DNA from: Chitinophagaceae bacterium
GTDB taxonomy: Bacteria > Bacteroidota > Bacteroidia > Chitinophagales > Chitinophagaceae
Length of the DNA: 43,367 nt
Assembly (NCBI GenBank): GCA_043742885.1
Contig: JAYTXP010000051.1
Location: 1-43,367, forward strand
Direction: 5' to 3'
How positions within the stretch are numbered: position 1 is the first letter of the stretch; each line of letters begins with the position of its first letter. Under the pieces are notes generated by a model. It was not told the DNA's origin. It was given only the letters and a program-made list of their open reading frames with translations, and did no database searches. A program made the translations under genes and the position numbers. Below are positions 9,448 to 17,555 of the stretch, piece by piece.

Positions 9448-11385
9448 TCAGGGCTTCCTGATCAGAATAAGATTACTGTTGAAATCATTTAATTTTTTGG
9501 CGAAACTCTTCCAGTTTTCAAAATCCGCTTTCCGGATCCTTCCATTGGGAAAACTGAGGGTTTTTCTGAAGCTGATCTTATTACCTGCTGAGCTATAAGC
9601 AGCATCAACAGAGTAATCGTCATATTTAAGTTTCAGCGCCGGTGGCAGTGAAGAGATTTTATACCCTGCGGGAAGGTTCAGATCTGTTTCGAACTGGTAG
9701 GTATAACCCGAATGAAGTTCATAGTCCTGCTGTCTTTTGGCATCCGGAATAATTCCGCGCATATCCTCAGAAAAGAAATCTATGCCGGCATAAATATCTT
9801 TTTCTTCCGTTATAACATAATTACTCAGATCAATATCTCCTTCTATTGTTACAGGCTGCTCGCGATCGCTGAGATCAGAAGTTTTTACATTGGCTACTGA
9901 AAGATTTGTATTGCCAAATTCAAGAAAGCGGTTCAGCAATTTCTTTTTGTCGTCAGCAGGCAGATCATGATAGTACTGGTGAAAGCCTGTTCTTTCTTCT
10001 CCCGTCAGGGTCACTTTCACATGTCCCTTCAGCACATTATCCTGCAATTGAAAACTGCATTGGGTCAGCACCTTGCTTTTATCCACGTCCATAACCGGCA
10101 CTTTTTTTATCTCGTATTTATCTCCCTTGCCGATCAGGACTTCTTTGCCTTGTATGCGCCAGGCATAATCTCCAAGTGGTATATATTTCTCAGTGCCATC
10201 AAGAAAATATTCTTTACCATTCAGCTCTACGGTACTGATGCAATGATTGTCTACGCAAAGAGAGGGAAGAGAATAATCGTATGGAATATGTTTGGTCCCT
10301 ATCCAGGTAATGTATGCAGGAAAACCTGCCAGTTTGAGCATCTCAGTAAGGAGATTGGCCATACCCTTACAATCGCCGTATTTGGCTTTATAAACGTCCT
10401 GTGCGGGAGCAGGAATAAAACCGGCCAGCCCATCTTCAAACGCGATATAACGGATATTATCCTGCACCCAGTAATAAATGGCCTTTACCTTTTCAATATC
10501 TGTGTTCTTTCCGCGGATGAGCTCTGTTACTTTAGACTTGAATTCCTCCGGTTTGTTATTGCATTTATTATAGAGATAATGATACCAGTTATAAAGATCG
10601 CCTGCATCCGCGAATCCTTTCTCTTTTTTTCCATCAATTTGAAATGATTTCACCACCAGCACCAGGTGAGGAAACAGATAGGCCGCGCTGGGGGCGCGAT
10701 CCTCATTTTTCATGGTCTCCAGATTCTGGATCTTATAGATATAGACCATTCCATTTTTTTCAGGAGATTTTTGTTTGGTCACTTTATACCCTTCAAAATT
10801 GAATTCACGAATATCCAGCTCCAGCCAATCAGGGACTACGATTCGTATGATTTTTTCTTTCGTTGGGAAAAAACTGTTGAAGTATACCGATGTCAGATAT
10901 TTACTATCGAAATATTTTTTTTCCGTTTCTACCCTTGTTACATCGGCATAACCGGAAAATTTGATATTAAAAAATTTTACACGACTATCATCAGAAAAGA
11001 TCTCACTGGAACTGGCGGAACGGTCTATAGCATATCCAACATTATAACTCTTTTTTATACCAAACATTCCTTTCATTTTCTCCAACTGCTTAAAGGAATT
11101 GATCTTGCAGAACGAATTATAAAAATCGAAATATTGTATAGCAGCGCTTTCTCTCAGGGAAATAAAATTGATGCCTGTATTCTTTGTAGCGGTCACCACC
11201 GGTAATCGGTCGCTACCTTTTCCACGGTCAAAATTGTATTCTTCCTCCACGGATATGGCAGCCACCCGGTCGTCAGGAAATAGCTTTTTCAGGCGGTTGG
11301 CCTCAAAAATATCATCCTCTGCCTGACTGAAGCCTGAAAACGGCAAGGCTAGAAGTAAAAGCAGGTAAAACAGGGTTCTTCTCAT
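9448..11385 (-). CDS. DUF3857 + transglutaminase-like (papain-fold) domain protein
   Basis: Signal peptide; AIYYWVQDNIRYIAFE, YGDCKGMANLL (Cys), DNHCI (His), YFLDGT (Asp). Confidence 0.88.
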   Translation of the reverse strand: MRRTLFYLLLLLALPFSGFSQAEDDIFEANRLKKLFPDDRVAAISVEEEYNFDRGKGSDRLPVVTATKNTGINFISLRESAAIQYFDFYNSFCKINSFKQLEKMKGMFGIKKSYNVGYAIDRSASSSEIFSDDSRVKFFNIKFSGYADVTRVETEKKYFDSKYLTSVYFNSFFPTKEKIIRIVVPDWLELDIREFNFEGYKVTKQKSPEKNGMVYIYKIQNLETMKNEDRAPSAAYLFPHLVLVVKSFQIDGKKEKGFADAGDLYNWYHYLYNKCNNKPEEFKSKVTELIRGKNTDIEKVKAIYYWVQDNIRYIAFEDGLAGFIPAPAQDVYKAKYGDCKGMANLLTEMLKLAGFPAYITWIGTKHIPYDYSLPSLCVDNHCISTVELNGKEYFLDGTEKYIPLGDYAWRIQGKEVLIGKGDKYEIKKVPVMDVDKSKVLTQCSFQLQDNVLKGHVKVTLTGEERTGFHQYYHDLPADDKKKLLNRFLEFGNTNLSVANVKTSDLSDREQPVTIEGDIDLSNYVITEEKDIYAGIDFFSEDMRGIIPDAKRQQDYELHSGYTYQFETDLNLPAGYKISSLPPALKLKYDDYSVDAAYSSAGNKISFRKTLSFPNGRIRKADFENWKSFAKKLNDFNSNLILIRKP

Positions 11386-11488
11386 GGTTTTTTATTCAAG
11401 TCCGACAAAATAAGAAATAGAAACTTACCCAGTGCTGTTTTTTGGAAAATCCAAAGGGTTTTATTCATGATGCGACTTTAAAAACAAC

Positions 11489-11502
11489 ATGATTTTGATC
11501 AT
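11489..11502. promoter_or_regulatory. FNR/CRP-like palindrome ATGAT-N4-ATCAT
   Basis: atgat-tttg-atcat lies 9 bp upstream of TAAATTCG (11512-11519), a variant of the Bacteroidota -7 element, in front of the oxidoreductase gene. Confidence 0.45.
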
Positions 11503-11538
11503 AACTTGTTTTAAATTCGCAGGATAACCTCTTTACAA

Positions 11539-13395
11539 ATGGCAAGAAAGAATGAAGTATTAAAGGACGTGGTGATAAAATTCGCCGGAGATAGTGGTGA
11601 TGGCATGCAATTGACCGGTACCCAGTTCTCGAACAATACCGCATTATTGGGAATTGACCTCGCAACATTTCCGGATTTTCCAGCGGAGATCCGTGCTCCA
11701 CTAGGTTCATTGCCTGGTGTGAGTGGATATCAGCTTCGTTTTTCCAGTGACCGGATCTTTACTCCTGGAGATTCCTGCGACGTGCTCGTTGCTATGAATG
11801 CCGCGGCGCTGAAAGTAAATCTTAAGGAATTGAAGAAAGGCGGAAAGATCATTATTAATACAGATGGTTTCGATGCAAAAAATCTTCGCCTCGCTAATTA
11901 TGCCGAAGGCGATAACCCATTAGATAATGGAAGCCTTAGTAATTATGAGGTGATCAAAATGGATGTGACCAAGATGACCCGGGAGTCGCTGAAAGATCTG
12001 TCGATGGGTATGAAGGAAAAAGACAGGGCCAAGAACATGTTCGTTCTGGGATTTCTGTACTGGATGTACAATCGCGATATGGAAAACACCATCACCTTTA
12101 TTCGCGAAAAATTTGGTAAAAAAGCAGATATACTGGAAAGCAATATAAGAGTATTGCAGGCGGGATATAATTATGGTGATACCACTGAAACCTTCACTAC
12201 AACGTATTCAGTTGAGAAGGCAAAAATGGATCCGGGAACTTATCGTTCAGTGATGGGTAACCAATCTCTTTCTTACGGACTTATTGCCGCAGCGAAGAAA
12301 AGCGGTTTGCCTTTGTTCCTGGGATCTTATCCTATTACTCCCGCCTCAGATATTTTGCATGAGCTGGCCCGTCATAAAAATTTTGGGGTACGTACATTTC
12401 AGGCGGAAGATGAGATCGCTGCTATCACTTCTTCTATTGGTGCAGCCTATGGTGGCGCACTTGCGGTAACCACTACTTCCGGTCCGGGTATGGCCCTGAA
12501 AGCAGAAGCAATGGGATTGGCAGTAATGCTGGAAATTCCACTTATCATAGTGGATATTCAGAGAGGAGGTCCTTCAACCGGACTACCTACAAAAACAGAA
12601 CAATCAGATCTTCTTCAGGCTTATTATGGAAGAAATGGTGAATGTCCTATGCCGATTATTTCTGCATCGACTCCTGCAGACTGTTTTGAAGTAGCTTATG
12701 AAGCGGCAAGAATAGCTATTCATCATATGACGCCTGTGATCTTACTCAGTGATGGATATATCGCAAATGGTGCTGAGCCATGGAAATTCCCGAAAGAAGA
12801 AGATCTTCAGCCTATTCCTGTAACATTTAAAACAGAACTGGCTGAAGGCGAAGAAAAATATCTTCCTTATGCGCGTGATGAAAAATTGACAAGGCCATGG
12901 GCCCTGCCGGGTACTCCTGGATTGGAACATCGCATTGGTGGGATCGAAAAACAAAATCTTACAGGTAACGTTAACTACGAACCCGAGAATCACCAACTGA
13001 TGGTGAATCTTCGTGAAGAAAAAATAGCAAGGATCGCGGATCATATTCCTGAGCAAAAACTGGATAGTGGACTTGAAAAAGGCAAAATCCTGGTATTGGG
13101 CTGGGGTTCTACTTATGGCGCAATAAAATCTGCCGTGGCCGAATTGCAGGCGAGAGGAGAAAATGTTAGCCATGCTCATCTTCGTTATGTACGACCATTC
13201 CCTAAAAATCTGGGAACTATCATAGGCAATTTTGACAAAGTGCTGATTCCTGAGATCAATAATGGTCAGCTTATCAAGATCATTCGCGATGTGTACTTGG
13301 TAGATGCAGTGGGATATAATAAAGTAATGGGAATTCCTATTACTAAAACGGAAATGGTAATGAAGCTGGAGGAATTACTGGGTGGCGCTAATTAA
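11539..13395 (+). CDS. korA: 2-oxoacid:acceptor (ferredoxin) oxidoreductase, fused gamma/alpha subunit
   Basis: FAGDSGDGMQLTG, GSYPITPASDI, QAEDEIAA, TTTSGPG, QRGGPSTGLPTKTEQSD, LGWGSTYG. Confidence 0.95.
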   Translation: MARKNEVLKDVVIKFAGDSGDGMQLTGTQFSNNTALLGIDLATFPDFPAEIRAPLGSLPGVSGYQLRFSSDRIFTPGDSCDVLVAMNAAALKVNLKELKKGGKIIINTDGFDAKNLRLANYAEGDNPLDNGSLSNYEVIKMDVTKMTRESLKDLSMGMKEKDRAKNMFVLGFLYWMYNRDMENTITFIREKFGKKADILESNIRVLQAGYNYGDTTETFTTTYSVEKAKMDPGTYRSVMGNQSLSYGLIAAAKKSGLPLFLGSYPITPASDILHELARHKNFGVRTFQAEDEIAAITSSIGAAYGGALAVTTTSGPGMALKAEAMGLAVMLEIPLIIVDIQRGGPSTGLPTKTEQSDLLQAYYGRNGECPMPIISASTPADCFEVAYEAARIAIHHMTPVILLSDGYIANGAEPWKFPKEEDLQPIPVTFKTELAEGEEKYLPYARDEKLTRPWALPGTPGLEHRIGGIEKQNLTGNVNYEPENHQLMVNLREEKIARIADHIPEQKLDSGLEKGKILVLGWGSTYGAIKSAVAELQARGENVSHAHLRYVRPFPKNLGTIIGNFDKVLIPEINNGQLIKIIRDVYLVDAVGYNKVMGIPITKTEMVMKLEELLGGAN

Positions 13396-13461
13396 TTAGC
13401 ACGGATACATTTCCTGTACCGGTGGGTGTTTATCTCATATAATTCTTTAAAGGTTTGCTTT

Positions 13462-14712
13462 TTAATAAGTTTCACTTGGCATTGCAAATGCAAATCCGAA
13501 TGCAAGTATGGCCAGGATCAATCCAAACATGAAAACATTATAAGCGATTCGAAGGAAGCTATACTTCTTTGCCAGCACCACTCCCAGAAAATAATTATCC
13601 TTCACAATACTGCTGTATAGATATTCTTTATCATTAAGCATTTCCTGCATGGCCCAACTATAATCTGTAAGACCCATCCTGAAGAAATTTCCGAAGAAAA
13701 GTAGATTGGTCTTTTTTGTTCTGATATCATCTTCTGTGAATTTTCCATGATTCACATTTGGCCGGGTAGCCAGAATAGCAAATACAATAGCCGCTACGCA
13801 AACGGAAACCAGGACCACAAGTGGTATCATCAGGTTCGGATTATCACGCAACTTTGTATAAAGTGAAGAGACTACTATAGAAAGAATGATCGCATTCACT
13901 GAGATCAGGATATTCGCCTTAGAATCTGCCATCTGGCTAAGATTATTCTGATTCTGTGCCATAATGCGGAACACTGTATTGATACCTCTTTCGGTCTGAC
14001 TGGCCTTATCTTTTTTCACTTTCGCCGCAAGAGAAGCCAGTTGATCAGCACTGCTTCCGGCCTTATCTTTTTTCTCTTTAGGATCTTTATTTTTTTCTTC
14101 TTTTTCGGGTTTCATTTCATCTCTCGCTTTTTGTTTTAGATCTTCCAGAAATTTTTCTTTTATAGGTTGCAGCCTGGACTGGGCGAAGGGAGTGAAATAA
14201 TGATGGGACTCGAGAAAAGTAATATTATTCTGTCTCCAATCCTTCTTGGAAAAGTCATAACCGCTAAATTCACGGAACTCCTTTCTTAAAAGTTTGCTTT
14301 TTTCTTTGAATTCAGGAGTGCCTAAATGGAAAAGATCAGCATCACAGATAATTTCTTCAATCGGGCTTGAAGGACGTTGTGGTATTCTTGTTGCATTGAT
14401 ACAACCGACCACCTTAGCGGTGAATTCCGGGCTGACTTTGTGTGCGGCCAAAAATTCAGATGCGAATTGAATACTGGCTGATTCATGGTCTTTCGCAATA
14501 CCAGTGGTATAACCGGTATCATGAAACCAGGCGGCTGTAAGCAAGGCCAGCCTGTCTTCTTCTGAAAGATCCTTGGTATGTGAAAGTTTTTCAGCAGCTG
14601 CCACCACTTCCTGTGTATGCAGAAGGCTGTGAAAGCTGATAGATTTGTTAAGTTTGTTGACTAACAGGTCAGTTACCTGGGCCTGCGCATCCTGAATCAA
14701 TTGATTGTCCAT
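13462..14712 (-). CDS. HD-domain phosphohydrolase fused to a DUF5706 (Pycsar effector/PycTM-like) membrane domain
   Basis: HD motifs FHSLLHTQEVV, AAWFHDTG, HE, IICDADLFHLG; Lys/Glu-rich linker; then MADSKANILISVNAIILS, ATRP, NLLFFGNF, KKYSFLRIAYNVF with three hydrophobic helices. ATG at 14712 preferred. Confidence 0.88.
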   Translation of the reverse strand: MDNQLIQDAQAQVTDLLVNKLNKSISFHSLLHTQEVVAAAEKLSHTKDLSEEDRLALLTAAWFHDTGYTTGIAKDHESASIQFASEFLAAHKVSPEFTAKVVGCINATRIPQRPSSPIEEIICDADLFHLGTPEFKEKSKLLRKEFREFSGYDFSKKDWRQNNITFLESHHYFTPFAQSRLQPIKEKFLEDLKQKARDEMKPEKEEKNKDPKEKKDKAGSSADQLASLAAKVKKDKASQTERGINTVFRIMAQNQNNLSQMADSKANILISVNAIILSIVVSSLYTKLRDNPNLMIPLVVLVSVCVAAIVFAILATRPNVNHGKFTEDDIRTKKTNLLFFGNFFRMGLTDYSWAMQEMLNDKEYLYSSIVKDNYFLGVVLAKKYSFLRIAYNVFMFGLILAILAFGFAFAMPSETY

Positions 14713-14759
14713 GGTGTTATAAAGATAACATTTGATAAATTTATAAAAAATAGACAAGA

Positions 14760-16391
14760 ATGAGGTCCTTTAAATTTCCGATGACTATTGTATTAACAGG
14801 CATGCTGCTGTTTTTATCCTGTAAGCAGAAAAGGCTGGACTCTCCGCCCCATTATAAATTTAGGGATGTGTTTTCCTTCAAACTGGATCAAAAACTGAAA
14901 GAAATCTCGGGCCTAGCCTATGATGGAAAGATCAATATGTTCCTGGCCATAAATGATGAAATGGGGAAAATTTTCTACCTGGCAAGGGATACCAGGGCAA
15001 TAATGGAGGAATATGATTTTGCTCCGTCAGGTGATTTTGAAGATGTTGCCATGTATAATGGTAAGCCTTATATCCTTCGCAGTGATGGGTATCTCTATCG
15101 TTTTGATAAAGATAGCCTAAGTGCAAAGGGCAGTGGACATGAACTGGGTCAGTTGCCGGTAACGGGCATCAATGATTTTGAAACAATTTATACGGATGCA
15201 GATCGAAAAGCGTTGATCATGATCTGTAAGAATTGCAGTGGCGATGATGCGAAATCCGTTTCTGCCTATGCTTATTATCCTGATTCTATAGGTTTTGATG
15301 CTAAGCCGGTCTATGTGATCAATACAGAGTCGGTAGAAAAATTATCGCCTTTTCACAGCACCAAATTTGAACCTTCCGCCGCAGCCATTAACCCGGTAAT
15401 AAAAAAACTTTTTATTCTTTCTTCCGGTAGCCGGCAATTGGCAATTTGTGATCTGAATGGTCAGGTGGAATCTGTTTTTAAACTTAGTTCACGCTTGTTT
15501 ACGCAACCAGAAGGCATTGCTTTCCGGCAGAATGGAGATATGTTCATTAGTAACGAAGGAGCGGGAGGTAGAAGCACCTTGCTCATCTTTCCATTTTATA
15601 AGGATACTTCTAATACGTTGGCTCCCGTTGCCGGATCCTCGCATTATAATTTTAATTCGCCGGATGACCGTTTACAATTAGGTAAACATCTTCATGAAAT
15701 TTCAGGCATGTCATTTATCACAGGCACAGACTATATACTTGCAGAAAATGATGAGAAGGGAGACATATTCACAGTGGATTTCCGAACAAGAAATGATAAA
15801 GTAGGCAAGGTCAAATTTGGTGGTAAGGGAGATTATGAAGATATTGTCTATACAGATTCGGCGATCTATATGCTGATTAGCAGCGGTACAATCGTGAAAG
15901 TAGATACCAGAGATAGTTCAATGGTCAATACCGATTATGTACTCGATGGACAGAAAAATGAATTTGAATCCATGTACCTGGACAAACAAAGTCATTCTCT
16001 GATCCTTCTTTGCAAAGATTGTCAGCATGAAAAAAATGAAGTAAGAAATGCCTATCAATTCGACCTCTCAAAAAATACTTTCAATACAGATCCGGTTTAT
16101 ACTATTCAAATTTCCGCAATACGCGATCTATTGAAAGATGAAAATGCAGAATTCAAACCTTCTGCGGCAGCCGTCAATCCAATAGATGGAAAAATATACG
16201 TGGTGGCCTCGGTAGGTAAATTATTATTGGTGATCGACAGGAATGGAAAATGTGAACGCGTATTTCGCCTGGATCCCACGCTGTTCAATCAACCTGAAGG
16301 AATGGCTTTTGCTCCCAATGGCGATCTCTATATTTCTAATGAAGGAGGCGAAGGTATTGCCACCATTCTTAAATTCAATTATCGAAAATGA
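14760..16391 (+). CDS. Lipoprotein with two tandem SdiA-regulated/YjiK-like beta-propeller domains
   Basis: Lipobox LLFLS-C; two copies of the motif series EISG, NDExG, GDxED, CKxC, PSAAAxNP, QPEGxAF, ISNEG. Confidence 0.8.
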   Translation: MRSFKFPMTIVLTGMLLFLSCKQKRLDSPPHYKFRDVFSFKLDQKLKEISGLAYDGKINMFLAINDEMGKIFYLARDTRAIMEEYDFAPSGDFEDVAMYNGKPYILRSDGYLYRFDKDSLSAKGSGHELGQLPVTGINDFETIYTDADRKALIMICKNCSGDDAKSVSAYAYYPDSIGFDAKPVYVINTESVEKLSPFHSTKFEPSAAAINPVIKKLFILSSGSRQLAICDLNGQVESVFKLSSRLFTQPEGIAFRQNGDMFISNEGAGGRSTLLIFPFYKDTSNTLAPVAGSSHYNFNSPDDRLQLGKHLHEISGMSFITGTDYILAENDEKGDIFTVDFRTRNDKVGKVKFGGKGDYEDIVYTDSAIYMLISSGTIVKVDTRDSSMVNTDYVLDGQKNEFESMYLDKQSHSLILLCKDCQHEKNEVRNAYQFDLSKNTFNTDPVYTIQISAIRDLLKDENAEFKPSAAAVNPIDGKIYVVASVGKLLLVIDRNGKCERVFRLDPTLFNQPEGMAFAPNGDLYISNEGGEGIATILKFNYRK

Positions 16392-17522
16392 TCAGATCTT
16401 AAGTGCGAATAATTCAATTGTCTGATTTTTCCCTTTAAGATCTACCTGTCCCAGAGATTCTGTTTGCCAGTCCTTCATGTCCAGTAAATCCACCATTTCC
16501 TTAGAGATCAGATATTTTTGATTCAGCTCTGTACAGGCGCTTCTGATTCTTGCCGCCGTATTGATGGCATCACCGCTCATGACCACGTCTTTTTTTATCA
16601 GGCCTACCTGTCCAACGGTAACAATACCTGAATGGATACCCGCTTTGTACTCCGGGATGACCCCATAATTTCGCCGGAACAATTCGGCATGTGCGTTCAA
16701 TTCTTTTCGGGCAGTGATTAGAGAGTCTACAGCTTTTCTGGCGTTGATAGAATTAGTGGGCCACCAAATCACGATTTCATCTCCTACATATTGATAAACC
16801 CGGCCCTCATGTGAAAGCATGCCTTCTGAAATGAAGAATATAAAATCACGGATGAATTTAAAATATTCTTTGTGACCCATTTTTTCTGCAATGGGAGTAG
16901 AGTCTGTGAGATCAAGGAACATGATGATGCGGTTCTCTTCTCTCGGTTGCAGGTATCGGCCCAGCATGATGCTTACAAATACGCCGGGCGAGTATTTTTG
17001 ATTTATTTCCATAGCCAGCAACGTAAAAATAAATAACAATACCCACTCAGGCATTTTTTGCAAGAGCCATTTTGTATGAAACATGTTATGTGAAAAACGA
17101 GAAAGCGCGACTTCAAAGCCTCGTCCGGCGATCAACCATTCGTAGCTTAAGTAAATGAAAAAGTTCATGATGAAGCCTGCCACCACCAGGATTAGTGTTT
17201 TCAGCAGAAGATTTTTTCCCAATGAGGCGTTTCGCAGATAGTCTTTCAAAACAGTCACGATAATCCAACCGATTATCAGGCTGATCAGAAAAACATTGAA
17301 TTCACGAACCAATACTTCCCAAGTGTAATTATAATCGGGCGATGAATATTTTTCTGGAAGCGTGCCTGCCAGTTTTCGTCGAATAAAAAATATAAGGTCA
17401 AAAAGTGTCCAGCATGCAGCAATGATGAAAATAGTTTGGGCCTGGTATCTTTTTACGCGGCCAATTACCTTACGTTCTGAAGGATCATTTTTTTTTGATT
17501 TATGGCGAAAAGCAGTAAACAT
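16392..17522 (-). CDS. Membrane-anchored class III adenylate/guanylate cyclase-family protein
   Basis: Four N-terminal hydrophobic helices; RIIMFLDLTDST, YQYVGDE, KAGIHSG, SGDAINTAARI, VDLKGK. Confidence 0.93.
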   Translation of the reverse strand: MFTAFRHKSKKNDPSERKVIGRVKRYQAQTIFIIAACWTLFDLIFFIRRKLAGTLPEKYSSPDYNYTWEVLVREFNVFLISLIIGWIIVTVLKDYLRNASLGKNLLLKTLILVVAGFIMNFFIYLSYEWLIAGRGFEVALSRFSHNMFHTKWLLQKMPEWVLLFIFTLLAMEINQKYSPGVFVSIMLGRYLQPREENRIIMFLDLTDSTPIAEKMGHKEYFKFIRDFIFFISEGMLSHEGRVYQYVGDEIVIWWPTNSINARKAVDSLITARKELNAHAELFRRNYGVIPEYKAGIHSGIVTVGQVGLIKKDVVMSGDAINTAARIRSACTELNQKYLISKEMVDLLDMKDWQTESLGQVDLKGKNQTIELFALKI

Positions 17523-17555
17523 ATTAGCACTGTTAGCAATAATAATCGTGCCGTA

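Noticed and set aside
9967-11205. 226-aa and 179-aa plus-strand ORFs
   Set aside because: Antisense to the transglutaminase gene; Ile/Phe-rich composition typical of shadow frames.
13396-13461. Weak hairpin between korA and the HD gene, and the 13426-13620 ORF
   Set aside because: The stem is imperfect with bulges and no clear U-tract; the ORF is antisense to the HD-DUF5706 gene.
13462-17522. Calling the cyclase and DUF5706 genes a canonical Pycsar defence operon
   Set aside because: The genes are not adjacent or co-transcribed, the cyclase is membrane-anchored, the effector is HD-fused, and there is no defence-island or mobile context. Reported only as Pycsar-related.
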